Below, piece by piece: positions 44,305 through 57,480 of a DNA stretch of 64,000 nucleotides (the first letter of the stretch is position 1; every line of letters begins with the position of its first letter). The DNA is taken from positions 38,316,001 through 38,380,000 of the forward strand of contig OX597823.1 in NCBI GenBank assembly GCA_951406725.2, written 5' to 3'. The notes beneath the pieces are model-generated. The model searched no databases, was not told the DNA's origin, and saw nothing but the letters and a program-made list of their open reading frames with translations. This stretch comes from Octopus vulgaris. Lineage: Eukaryota. Both the position numbers and the translations under genes were made by a program.

Positions 44305-45225
44305 CTAGCAGCATAGCCTGGCATTGCCCGGGTATGTAAGAAACTTTGTCGATAAGCAAGCCCTTTACCTTTTTACCCATTTTTGTACTCATTGAACCGT
44401 TATTTTGTAAAATGAAGCCTAAAAGGCATTAAGGCATTCAAGGCACCGTTCCCTTGCATGCATGGAGAAAATCTATGACAGTCAAAGTGCATTTTCTGGT
44501 TTTGTTTAGCACACCCAACCCAGTTCTGCGGGATCAGTGTCACGACAGGAACGCATGGGTTGGGAGTTTGACAGGCAGAGGTGATAAGGTTGCACATGCC
44601 GGCTCTTTTGACACCGCCCCCCCCCCCGAACCCAAATTGGGTTCAGACCACAGCTAAGCCTTACCTAATCCTAACTTAAGTCTAGCGAAAGAGGACTTGG
44701 GAGCCTCTAGTAGGCAACGACTAATCCCGATCTGGTCCTTTCCCTTTAGGGAATGAAGGCGCTCTCGCTGTGAAGTTAAAAAAACATTCCTGCCAATTTG
44801 TTAAAGATATTGTCGAAAATATGTCATCTTGAATTTGAATGCAATTTCTCAAAATGGCATGATTTTATCGATTTTTTCTGATCGTAAGGCATTGCATGGA
44901 AAACTAACGTCAGAATTAAGTTCCTTAGGGTAACATTAAGCTTCACCATGAGTTTGGTGAAAATCGATTGCAAGTTGCGAAAACTACAACGGAAAATGTG
45001 TTGCATATGATAAGCTTAGATTCTTGACCCCATGTCGAATCTATCGATTTTTTTCAGAACTGGGGGCTCTTTTCAAAATTTTTGCTGCGTTAGTTTTGAA
45101 TTATGACATTGGGCTATGTGTGTGTCAAGTTTCATCAGAATCGGTTGAAAGTCGTGGTCAGGGTGAGGGTACAACCTGACAGACAGACACACAGACAGAC
45201 AAACTGCCATTTATATATATAGAGA
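44305..45225 (-). mobile_element. Non-autonomous Helitron with internal extra sequence
   Basis: Minus strand 5' A|TC... and 3' hairpin CCCGGGCAATGCCAGG...CTAG|T. Inserted at an AT site with no TSD; (GACA)n near the 5' end. Confidence 0.8.
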
Positions 45226-46824
45226 TATACAATATTTTTTGACACATTGTTGGTAATTTTGATAACAATCACTATTCACTATGGAAAAACAAAGAGAAGT
45301 GAACCAGCACTTTCTCATGGTCAGTTGTATGTGGCTTGTTCTCGAGTGTGTTCATTTCTTGATGTAAAGATGAAAATAAAAGATAACTTGCTAGGAAGAG
45401 GCAGTCACAGTTGTATAACAATGTAGTTTTCAAAGACATTATTTCCTAAAACAACACCTTCAGTACTACCTATGCAGAATTTACACCAGCTCATGAATCA
45501 AATGCTTCAGACTGAAAATTTAAAAAATAGGTATTCTACGAAATCTTGAAATTTTCATAATAACTGTGAAGTTCTTCCTGTGCAGATTAGCAAAAGTATT
45601 GGAATGGCAGACAAAACGCTATTTATTCTGGTTTGCATTCTAAGTTTAGTTTCCCTTGTGGCCTACAGTGATAGTTTAACACCATCATCTAGTCTCTGGT
45701 ATCTTTAGTGGGGTCCACTATGTTGCAAGTATTTGGGCCAGGTTTGGGATTTGTGGATATATTCTTCCCTACTTACATTACTCTCAGAGGTCCTGGAAAG
45801 CATTATGGACACTACCCTTCCCTTTGACTAAGTGATTAAAAAATGATTGCTGTTTTAGACTAAGAAATTGATTTCATTTACTCATATCTGTTTACTTATT
45901 CCACAATAAATGTTTTCAGTTAAAACAAATGAAAATATTAATGTTGTGTATATTTATAGAAACCATTATTTCTACAAACATCATAAAATGATAAACTGCA
46001 TTACTTAAGTGCATTATGTTATTTCCCATATAAGCTTAAGATAAAGGAAAAAACAACCAAACAAAAAACTTATGAAGTGCGTTACTTAAAACAACATATT
46101 AAGTAGTTGTCTCTTGGTCAATGTTGTTACACAGACACTATACTGAATATGTAGAAATATATTTGTTGTATGTAAGATAAGAACCTGTATTTAGTGGAAT
46201 TGCTTAGATCACAATGAATATGGAAACTTCAATTTCATCCAAAAGACAGTTTAATTAAAGAATTGTAGGTTAGAGTGTTCACTAAATTATACAAAAGGGG
46301 AAAAAATGATAGAATATGTACAATGTTGTTCCTTGAAGACATTTCATTTTTACCTCTGTTGTGAAAAACAGCTACAAAAGAAATTCCCTTTATGTGTATT
46401 ACCTTAGATTTATATAAAAAATCATGTCTCTTCCATAATCCTTATTCAGTGATATGTGAGTGTGTGTGTTTAAACTGGTGTTCTCATATTTTTAAAGAAA
46501 TATTTGACAGGCAACTTAGTTAATAGTTATTAAGTTTCAGTAACTGTGTAGAAATGCAAAAATATAGCAGTTGATCCATTCTTTGAAACCTACAGATTTA
46601 TAATGTTGTTTGCAATTGCAATCATCTTATAATTTCTTTTTTCCACGACTTTAGGGATAAATGTTTTATTAGAGTTAGTTGAATGATTTTTAACGATTAG
46701 AATTGAAATGTTAAGCTTGGAGGAATTAATTTTTATTTTAAATTTTGTAGCTGTAATTATAAAATTGATGGAAATGCTTTGCTTCAAATTTTGAAGTAGG
46801 GTTCTTACATTGTTTAGGAATTAC

Positions 46825-46825
<1 letters not shown>

Positions 46826-46923
<98 letters not shown>
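46826..46923. repeat. (GA)n microsatellite
   Basis: Directly visible. Confidence 0.95.
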
Positions 46924-48684
46924 TAGTTGGCAGTAAAAAAGGTTTTGTGTGTGTGTTTCATGATGATTCTATTGGATTTAGGAATGAATTGTAAAGGTTA
47001 TAAAGAGTTGAAAAATAATGCTAAGTAGGCTTGTGGTTGTCTGCTTTTTTCCTTTTCTCTCCATGAAAAATATTCAAATGTATTAACCTAAGAATCGGTT
47101 TTAAACAGAGATGCATCTACAACTTCCACTAGCTCAATATATGAGCACTATTTCTAGGTCTAAGCTGGAACTTCTGAAATTCATAAAAGTACTTGAGTGC
47201 TAAGGAGGTAATTTGATTATCATTTAAATGATCTTGGTAAAATTTTGTTCCAACCTAAGCCATCTTGAGGAAGAAAAGAAAGAAAAAAAGTTTTTTAAGT
47301 GAAAATATAAACACCTGCAAATAAAACATAAATTGTTCCCCTGCTGGATATCTGTGTTGGCTTTGATTTTCAAATAACTAAAACCTAATGTTTTACTTAT
47401 TAACAAAATAGAATGTTATAGCATTTTATATTTTAACTGGAACATATCAATAAGATACCTGGAGAATATTAATAAGAAGTGGGTAGTTAATAATAAATTA
47501 ACTCTTAAAACTCTTATAAGAGTTGTCACCATCATCGTTTTATTTATCATCCATTTTGCCATAAAAGAACCACATTGTGGAATATCACCACTGCACTCAG
47601 TTCTATGTAATTTGTAACATTCAACATTCTGAGGACCATTATTATAACTTTTTACATATCTTACTATACTTTTTTATATTGTTCTTCTCTTCTTCCATCA
47701 GTTAATACCTTTTTATATCCAGCCGCTCTCTTAGGATGTCAGCATAAATGAAAGTTGGGTGAGCAAAGTGCAACATGTCTCATTCAACTTCAGTCTAGTC
47801 TCTACAGATCCTTAGCATTGAATATTTTTTTTTAAATGATTCATAGTCTATCGTGAATTTGTCTCCAGTAAAATCATATTTTGTCAGTTATGGTAAAAGA
47901 TTAAAATAAGTTTTATATTCCAATGAAAGTGTTTTATTCTAGTAGTCTATCTTAGATTTAATGAAGCAAATCATTACAGTGACAGCTTCATAGTGTTTCT
48001 AATTATACTTGTGACACTTGTTGCTCATATATTATGTTTTCCTCACAGAAATGAGGAAGATTTGTGTGTGTTTGTGTGTGAGATGTAAAAATGATATCAA
48101 ACCAACCAAGTGAAGTAACAAAAATAGTGTATTTGGCACTAATTGTATGCTTTACCCTTGTAATGCTTACCCAGAAAAAAAAGATTCTGTTCTAAATGTT
48201 GAACAAAACATAGTAAAATTTATTGAAGTACAAAATGATGCAACATAGAAACAACAAATTCAGTAAAATTCATTACTATAATTATACTTTAACATCTTCA
48301 TTGATTATTAATTATAATGTCATATGAAAGGAGGTCTCAGATATTTACTTTGCAAATATTTAATGATGAAATGAACTGGAAAATTTGTTTATCAGAGTTG
48401 AACTTGAGCATTTTTAAATAATTGTGATAACTTAGTTTTATACTTTTCTTTGCTGTTCTTCTTCATGACATATATTTGTGATGTCTACAGATACAGGGGT
48501 TTGGGGTGTTGTATGTTGTCTACATCACCTATAATGGATGTCACCTATCTTTTTATAATCATTGGGTACCTATATTACTTATATTTCTTTTTCTTAGTAA
48601 TTGGACTCAGTATAATAAATTTATGTCAAATACCTAATAATTTTCTATCTCTTTTTTTATTACACAAATACAAACTGTTACAAG

Positions 48685-49080
48685 TTGGCCTCACGTAAAA
48701 AACACCATTCGAGCGTGATCATTACCAGCATTGCCTTACTGGCACTTGTGCTGGAGGCACGTGAAAAAAATATTCGAGCGAGGTCATTGCCAGTGCCGCT
48801 GGACTGGCTCCTGTGCAGGTGGCACATAAAAAGTACCATTTGAGCGTGGCCGTTGCTAGTACCGCCTGACTGGCCCTCGTGCCGGTGGCACGTAAAAGCA
48901 CCCACTACACTCTTGGAGTGGTTGGTGTTAGGAAGGGCATCTAGCTGTAGAAACTCTGCCAGATTAGATTGGAGTCTGGTGCAGCCATCTGGTTCACCAG
49001 ACCTCAGTCAAATCGTCCAACCCATGCTAGCATGGAAGGCGGATGTTAAACGATGTTGATGATGATGATGATGATGATGA
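48685..49080 (+). mobile_element. RTE-tail repeat with tandem subrepeats
   Basis: Several ggcacgtaaaaa.caccattcgagcgtg units followed by the common tail and (GAT)n. Confidence 0.85.
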
Positions 49081-49084
49081 TTTA

Positions 49085-49232
49085 TGTTCAGAGTTCAAAT
49101 TCTGTTATGGTTAACCTTGCCTTTCATTCTTTTGAGGTTGATATAATAATCACCAGTTGAACACTGGGGTTAATGTAATCAACCACCTCCTACCCCAAAA
49201 TTGCTGGTCTTGTGCCAAAATTTGAAACCAAT
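49085..49232 (+). mobile_element. 5'-truncated SINE just upstream of the splice acceptor
   Basis: gagttcaaattctg...gcctttcattcttttgaggttgat...cttgtgccaaaatttgaaacca. Confidence 0.75.
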
Positions 49233-49315
49233 ATACATACATAATATATATTTTTTTCTTTTCTTTATTTTCAGTTATGTGGAAATATTTTTGATTACTA
49301 GCAATAATAGCAACC

Positions 49316-49438
49316 ATGTCTCTAACTGACAGTGTTGAAGACAAACTTTCTGATCAGAAGGCATCTCCTGCTAGGAGTAGAGAAAGGTTATCCACCCCAG
49401 AGAAACGTCTGCATTTCAGACATAGTGAATCTGAAACG
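49316..49438 (+). CDS. First coding exon of an unidentified host gene (exon 49275-49438): MSLTDSVEDKLSDQKASPARSRERLSTPEKRLHFRHSESET
   Basis: Strong acceptor ttttttcttttctttattttcag|49275, in-frame upstream stop, Kozak-like GCAACCATG, 41 open codons, donor ACG|GTAAGC (phase 0). Confidence 0.7.
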
Positions 49439-50011
49439 GTAAGCATATTTATTACTTAACAATTAAATTTATGAAAGAAAATGACTTTAATGCTTGTTAA
49501 AAGTTCTAAATTAAGCGGAAATAACTGAAGATGGCTAATGGTATGAATTTAGATAAATCCGTTAAGGAGTAATTTACTGAAACACTGCCTGTTTGTTGAA
49601 TAAAGAAAATGAAACTTATAAGTAGTTGTTTTAATTAGAAATTCAGAATAAATTTCTCAAAAATATTAATTTACATACTTAGGAAAATATCTGATATTCA
49701 TTTTCAGGTAAGGAACATGTTTAAGTCTTATTGGACCTCATCAGTAAAGAATAGTTAAACTTGAGTCTGCTTTTAATAATTTGTATGATCAGAAAATGTG
49801 AGCCAAGGGAAATAACTTAATGAATGATGTAGGTAAAATAACATTTTGGTATGTCATTTCAGTACATCACACCTATGTTAGGTAGCCTTTCAGAGTGTAC
49901 CAATCTGACTCTGTGTGTGTGTGTGTGTGTGAGTCTCGCTATCTTGTGCATGTCTTATGTATCTGAGTGTGTTTCTGAGTATTACCTATCAGTTTGTATG
50001 TAACTGATTAT

Positions 50012-50047
50012 CCAACCAACCAACCAGCCAACCAACCAACCAACCAA

Positions 50048-50078
<31 letters not shown>

Positions 50079-50112
50079 ACCAGCCAGCCAGCCAGCCATC
50101 CATCCATCCATC
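50012..50112. repeat. (CCAA)/(CCAG)/(CCAT) tetranucleotide compound repeat
   Basis: Directly visible. Confidence 0.95.
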
Positions 50113-50712
50113 AATCTGTCTGATTGTTAATGTGTTTGTCTTCTTCTATGAAATTCTCCCTCTGTATCTATATGCTGATGTCTGACTTTCTGTGTGTTAA
50201 TCTCTAAGTTTGTTCTGCTGTCTGTCTGTATGACTACTACTTTGACTTACTTAGTATGTGAGTGACAGAGAGGGGGTGAATTAGATCATGTTTAAACTGT
50301 TGGATTAATATTAATCCAAAGACTTTTAGTTCAATTTCTGCTCGAGGTATTTTTTTAGCAAAGGCAAATAATGATTTTGGTCAACCTTATTTAACAACTG
50401 CATCTGTCTGTTCTTGACAGTTGCATGAAAGAAGGGTGTACTGCTATTTAACAATGAAGATACATATTTCAAATCATTTAAATTAAATAAACACACATAA
50501 AAAATATACTCTAAGCTGTGTGAATGTGTTATTGTTTCATTATGTCTCTATGTTAATGAATTATGAAAATATATTATCTATAACTAAATTTTATCAACCA
50601 GCTTCACAGCCTGATGGAGATGAATGACATGATGCTGTATCTATTTCTATTTGTTAAATTTCTTTCTCTCTTTCACACACATACACACATACACACACAC
50701 ATACACACATAT

Positions 50713-50878
50713 GCACATATATGATCATGTAAACAAAACAGAGTATATAACTGATAGTTTCACATAAGTCCCCTTAAACCTATGGTCATCATGTGTGCCT
50801 GCTTGGATTAGGTTTAAGGGGACTTATGTGAAACTATCAGTTATATACTCTGTTTTGTTTACATGATCATATATGTGC
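50713..50878. repeat. 70-bp perfect inverted repeat with 26-nt spacer
   Basis: 50713-50782 is the reverse complement of 50809-50878; flanked by (CA)n and (TG)n. Confidence 0.92.
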
Positions 50879-51294
50879 GTATGTGTGTGTGTGTGTCTGT
50901 GTGGATGAGGAGTGTTCAATACATGTTGTAGAGGCTATAATTTTGTTTTTATTGTAACTGAAATTGGGATTCTCTCATGATTTGAGTTTCACTATTGCAA
51001 TCACTGTTTTTACCTAAAGATTGCAGTAGTGTGAAACTTGTGAGACAAACTTGCAGTTTCAATAAAAGCAAATACAAACACACACACATTTCACACACAT
51101 ATTTATGTATATCCAAACATGCAAAAACATTCCTCTCTTGAGAAATTATTTTGTTTTGTCTTTTTATATTGTTTGAATTTGGCTGGTAAGATTTGTAGAA
51201 ATAGGCTTGTAGCATTGGAAATTGTAATACCTCCACTTCAACCTATGAACTATAAGAGATAAGAAATACCCGAAATACTGGGAGTAGTACAGAA

Positions 51295-51765
51295 GTGCAG
51301 GCATAGATGTGTCATTAAAAAGACCACTTTGGAATCATTTGGTTCTGGGTTCATTCCTGTCAAGTAGACACTATCAGTCAGTATCTTTTACTGTAGTCAC
51401 ATGTTGCCCAATGCTTTGTGAGTAAAATTTGGTACACAGAAACTCTAAGAAGCCCATTGTGTGTACATGCACACACCACATATATGTGTTTCTGTCTCCT
51501 TGTCTTGACATGTGCACACTAAGTGTAAATAAAGTAACCCTCATACAAATGTTGCTTGTTATCAAATCTCTATAAAAATATGTCTGTTCAATGAGCTGTT
51601 CGTCTTTCAAAAGTGTACAGGAAACATTTCCTTACTTGGAAACATGTCAGCTATAGAAATATCTGCCTTTGTCTAACCCATATAAGTATAGAAAACTGGC
51701 AGTTAAAACAATGATGAGGACCATGATGATAATGATGATAATGATGATGATGATGATGATGATGC
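51295..51765 (+). mobile_element. Diverged SINE with (GAT)n tail
   Basis: tRNA-like head (ggttctgggttcattcc), body ttgtgagtaaaatttggtacacagaaactc..gaagccc, RTE-like tail. Confidence 0.55.
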
Positions 51766-54700
51766 AGGTGTGGATGGTAATAGTAGATTACAAAATTAAA
51801 CATTAGAGTATTTAGGGGGTTCCTCCTTTATCCAAAGTTGAAAGCTTGCTATGATTAATAAAATGTAAGCCAAGCATGTATTGGGTATTAATTTAATTTA
51901 TTTTTATCCTTTCCTGACAAATCTGTACCCTTAAACCAATATAAGAAATTATTCTTGTGAAACACAAAAGGTGACCAAAACCATAGATTCCATAATTAGA
52001 TGTCTTGTAACATGTATTTCTGTACCTTTGTTTCCTTAGTTCAAATTCTACCAAGGTCAACTTCAACTTTCAGTCATCTTCTTGCTGTCAATGCAATCAT
52101 ATGTCTCCTAAAAATTTGTGTTCTTGTCCCAATCTAAGAAGCCATAATTATAAATTTGGTGCAATGGGACATGGTCTAACTTCCCTATTTTTAGTTTTGT
52201 TTCTATATACATTCAGTGAAAATTCTCCTGGGGTCATTTTTGCCTTTCATCTTACTAGGATACCTCTATAAATTTATAGCCTAATACCAAACAAAATTGG
52301 TAGAGTACTCATCAAAATGCCTTGTGATATTTACTTATATTGCTGTAAGTTGCGAGTTCAAATCTCAGTCAGATAAAACTTTGTCTTCTTTGTCTTTGGT
52401 TTTCAAGTCAAACTGTGGGATTTGATTATATTGGTTGGCTATGTTCCTCTCACTAAATTTGTAGCTTTGTATTGAAGTTAATCATCTAATGACATTGAAC
52501 TTCAGAAATAGCAGCTGAATTCCTTTTACATTCTGAGTTCAAATCTAGCTTGTGTCAACTTTGTTAGTGATTTACATGTGGTCAATAAATTAAGTACTAG
52601 TTAAGTACTAGGTCAATATAATTGATTGTATTCTCTTTGAAAATATGTGGCTTTGTTTCTGTGTTAGAAGTAAATTTTTATGATAACTTGTAAATCCATC
52701 TACTTTTTATCTGCAGTGTAGTTAAGATTTTGGTCACATGCACATGTTGGAGTCAGTGAGTAAGCTAGTTTCATTATTTCTTACAAGAACTAGTCTCTAT
52801 CAAATATGAAGTAATTGTATTCATGTGACTTTTTTTAATTCATTCAACAGAACAAGCATTGGCATCTAAGAGACATTGACTCTTGAGGCCAGATTTTCAA
52901 TAGCTTTAATTTGAGCCAAATGCTTAATTTCTGGAAAGTTTATTATATTTTAACTCTGCTACCAATTTATAGAACACAAACCAACATTTCTCTTTTTTGT
53001 TTTTGTCTTTCTTTTTTCTGAAACATCAGACAACTTGAGGCAATATATCAAATACGCCAGTTATTGTACAGTTACACTGAGCAGACCCGTAATATGCAGG
53101 AAGTCAACCCAGTGATTAGGTGTGTCACATAGATCTAGTCTTTTACATATACCTCTCATCCACTTAATCAAGGAACATGCTGCACATTCCAACGTGCAGT
53201 GGTTAACTAATTGCATGGGGTGTAGGGTTGCAGTCCAAACCAGTTATTGTTGTTGAGTTCCAGGATCAGTACTGGATTTGAAAGAAAAGAGGTTCTACAC
53301 TATTCCATTTGTAAGTTTTTTCCTAATTCCCCTTGTTCAAGACTAGAACTATATATATACCTTGATTGGAGGCACTTGAGATTTCGAGGTTCTAGGCTTC
53401 AGCTTGCTCTGCCTATTAGTAAATCCATCACTACCCAGGTCAGCACTGATCCTGCAAACCTGTGTGATTAAAGCCAGTCCAGTAGTGACCATCTTGTCTG
53501 TTCTTTTTCAGATATAGTGCCTTTATCAAATATGTCCTTATTTTTTTTATTTCTTGGAGGTAAAGTGAAGGGCTCTCTCATAACTATATCCTGTTCCCCA
53601 ATGATTGCTTCTTTGTTCCTTGCATTTAATAAAACTTTTAGCATAGATGCTTTATTCAGATTCTCTTTCATAAGATGTGTAGATACATTCAGTTCATTAT
53701 TAACTTGAATACTATAATGACAACAATCTTTCCATCAGACAGCCTTGTATATGATTGTTCTACTGTCTTGTAATATGTATCTACTGATGTTCCTGGACTG
53801 CAACTGATGATATATAATAAACTGCCTCTGTTTCCACTTATAATGTGTATAGTTGTTTGATAAGCTTATGCATATTGTTGTTTGATTAATCTGGCAATAT
53901 ATATATATATATATGTTTTGAAATGCGAAGATTTGTAGCAGTGATTTGTTCAGAAAAGTCTCATTTATTCTTTGTATATATGTTAGTCTCACCATCTAAC
54001 TTAGAGGCATCTTGTGTTAATATGTGAGGATCTCATTTCTAGAAGTTTGCTTAAGTCGATCTACAAAATATCATCTTTCTCTGAGTACTTATTTAAAGCC
54101 TTTTGTTTCCATATTGCTATTGCTTCAATTAATTTTGGAAATATGAAGAATTTGATAAAACAACTTTGTCGTTATTAAGCTGATGTTTAAGACAAAATTT
54201 TGATGGAAGATTTGAATTTAGATCACTCTAAAGCAGGAAATTTGTATCAAGACTTCAGAGTAGTCTCAGGTGGTTTGTTATCAAAAGAGTTAATGAATTT
54301 AATGTTAATTAGGATGGATTTAATAGCTTCATTTATGAATAAGAGTAGGGTCATTTTGTGTTTAACTTAGGGCTGAATGTTTTTGTGTTCTGTTTTACTA
54401 ATTTCAACATGAAATGACTATTTTCAGTCTGAGGTTTATGAAAATAATGCGTTGCCATATTTAAAGGTTTGTAGTAAGAGTTGAGTTTTAGAGTTGTTCT
54501 GCTTTGAATAAAGACTTCTTCATCTGCAAAGTTTTTCTGTGGTTATTTATGATATATAACATAGGATATATAAACATGATAAGAAAATCTTAAAAGTACA
54601 GTTACTTGTCAAGAGATATAGTTTTGAGTCAAAACTTATTTTAATTAGCATATCACTTCTCAAAGAAGTAGATAACGACTGGCCATGTCTTATCTTGAAT

Positions 54701-55021
54701 TTCTATGATGATAATTGTTATAAATGTAAGATGATCTCCTTTATGTCCTCACTTTGTTGATTTTGAAGAGAAGGGCAATATAGTGGCACTTCTTGTTGAG
54801 ACCCTCAAGAAAATTGATTGTGAAGTGACAGCTCAGTATTGATGTCATTTTTTGACAAAATATAAATGTTGTTGGTACTGCAGTAGTAGCTCTTGTAAAG
54901 CTCATGTCACATGAGGGAAATGGGCAAACATTTCTAGCATAACATTTTGAAATGATACTAGTTGAGGCTAAGATGTACAAGTTATTTAACCAGGACAAAG
55001 AGAAATGTATTACTAAACTTT

Positions 55022-56664
55022 ATTTCATAGAATTGACTATAAAAGCCGTACATAGAAGTAGCTGCGGGCTTGACAACACGCAAGATGAAATGAATGAAAA
55101 ATAATTTATGAAATTGGTGAGGGAAGACAGACGACGCCCACTGATTGCTGCTTCCCGAAAACATTGTTCTTTTTACAACAACCAAATTGAGGTTATAAAA
55201 CTCTTAGTTTTATTCCTTTTGGATGCAAGGTCCTTAAAAATGAGGTACTAAGCCTCTTACATTTTTCATAAATGGGCCATATGCCCCCACAATATGAGGC
55301 ACTAAAAGCCTCTTAACTTTTTCTGTTATTTTCCAGTCTGCTGGTACCCAACCAGGCTCAATGCCTCACTCAAGCACCTCGATGGTGCTAGATCGAGGTG
55401 CTTCAGCAGGAAGCAAAAATGTGTCTTCGGGGAAGGAGTTCATCACCTTACACAAATCAGTTTCCCACACGACCTCTGCAGCTACCTGTGAAGGCCAATT
55501 AGGGTCCTTAGTGCAGGTTAGAACCCCTCCCCTCCGACCTTCTTTAGCAAACTTTTTAATAAAATCCTGAACTGTCCCTCCCTTGTGGAATAAGACTAAA
55601 AATGGCCTGGTTCCAGGTACAGGTAACACTTGTTGGGGGCGTCCCTCAAGTATCACCAGATACCTGTTACCAGCCTTAGTAAAAAAATCTGGGAAAACTA
55701 GATTTCTTGCAGCTGATTGGGTCCACATGGTCAAAGCAGCTTTTGACCCAACCCAATCAGCTGAGGGCAACATTTTCACATTTAGCAGCTTGGATCTGCT
55801 GCCACTCAGACCCCAGTGGATAGTATCTTCTATCCACTTGGATTCCATTCCAGGTGGCAACCCACAGATCCAAGCTCTTGTCAACTTCTTCCACAATATT
55901 TCCTGCCCCTACAAGGGCTGGCTCACAAACCTGCAAGCCTCCTCAGGGGTGTCAAACAACAGCCACACCATTGCATATTTGGCACACCTGGAAATAAATC
56001 TTATGGTTGGTAGATACTCTGCCAACTCTTTTTCAATTTCTATTTTTTTGAAAACGGCAATGGTGTCGAATGACTTTGAGTATGTCCTCAACACCACCAT
56101 CCTCTCCTCAAAGTCTTTCACCAACTCTTTTGGTGGGACAATTTCCCACTCCAAAACAGTGTCAATTTTCTTTCCATGTTTAGAAGAAAAGTTTTTAATA
56201 ATGTTCAAAAAGTACAAAAAAGACAAAAAAGAAAAGAAGGAAGAAGGAAAGAAGACAGTTCAAAAACACAGCGAACATGATTCCGGCCAACTGGTACTCC
56301 ACTTGTAATCCAGGAGTACAACAACAGGAACACAGCTCCACAAATTTCACCAAAAGTTGGTGAAAAAATTTCACAAATTTTTTTGGAGGCAGGATATGCC
56401 CCCAAATCAACACACTTATCATATCTAAGTGAGACACTTAACACAACTACAGGCAGACAAATGCCTGGAATCCAGTAGGGATTTCTTGTTTGAAAAAATA
56501 AACAACAAGCAACAAACCTCCACTGAATCCCAAAAAACAAATGCCTTACCTTATAGTTGCGCTTCAACAATTCATGATGCTGCACACCAATGTCGTGACA
56601 CCATTTAGTGAAAGAAAAACACTGACACGCGCATGCGAAGCAAGCGAGCTACTTACCACACCTT
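55022..56664 (-). mobile_element. ORF1/gag-like-only element (RRM-like region and decayed CCHC knuckle); ORF ~56226-55366 with one stop and one frameshift
   Basis: In-frame ORFs 55909-56226 and 55366-55896. 'WICGLPPGMESKWI', 'YLVILEGRP' then shifted 'CYL[Y]LEPGHF*SY[S]'. AATAAA at the 3' end; 9-bp direct repeat ctaaacttt at 55013-55021 and 56665-56673. Confidence 0.6.
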
Positions 56665-56784
56665 CTAAACTTTGATACCAGGTAGGTGTGGTTTCTTTAT
56701 CAAACTGTTATGTGTACAGACGATGTGGAATAATCAGAATGATTTCATAAAAGCTGGACTCAAAACATTTGTTAATTTTACATA

Positions 56785-56997
56785 TGTGGTGGAGGTGGCA
56801 GAATTGTTAGTTGTGCCAGGTGAAATACTTAGTGGCATTTTGCCTGTCTTTATATTCTGAGTTCAAATTTCATTGAGGTTGACTATGCCTTTCATCCTTT
56901 TGGGATTGATAAAATAAGTACCAGTTGAGCCCTGGGGTCAATGTGAACAACTTACCCCTCCCCTGAACTTGCTGCTTTTATGCCAAAATTTGAAACC
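56785..56997 (+). mobile_element. tRNA-derived SINE with 11-bp TSD
   Basis: Same family as 28697; aattttacata at 56774-56784 and 56998-57008. Confidence 0.88.
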
Positions 56998-57029
56998 AAT
57001 TTTACATACATGGTGACAATCCCTTTTCT

Positions 57030-57480
57030 CAACTGCATCAAAGGAGCAAGGCAGGATTTGTTGGCTGATATCTTTCCCTAGCACTACAGTGACATTGCTG
57101 ATAAAATGACGGACACTATTATCAAATATGAGGTAGAGTAGATTTATGTAGAAATGGAGGACAGTGTTCCACAAAGAGATTTTGATCATCTTCTTTTGGG
57201 AGGGATGTCTCTTCAGGATCTGAAAGCAATAGAATTGCAATACAATTGTGAATATTGAAGCATTGACCTTGTTGCTGCACCAGTAACTCCTCTCCATACA
57301 TTAATTGCAGACTAAATTTAGTGAGGTAATTAAGTAAGAGTTATTTTGCTTCCCAGTCAGTCCATCATTGAAACTGGCTGCTCAAAGCAAAGGAGATGAA
57401 AGATGAACTTTATGCTCACTGATGGGCTTGTTAGTGATGTTGAGCAGCCAACTACTTGCTGTATTCAAACATTTAGATAC
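57030..57480 (-). mobile_element. Decayed LINE ORF2 C-terminal remnant
   Basis: Minus strand 'MERSYW' (MEYCSxxW-like) and 'SLWNTV' (RLWNSL-like). Confidence 0.4.

Noticed and set aside
53150-54960. Possible decayed LINE fragments (e.g. minus-strand 'SIISKCYAR')
   Set aside because: Motifs too degenerate to set family or boundaries without a search.
55583-56308. 241-aa plus-strand ORF
   Set aside because: Antisense shadow of the minus-strand ORF1-like frame; no recognisable motifs.
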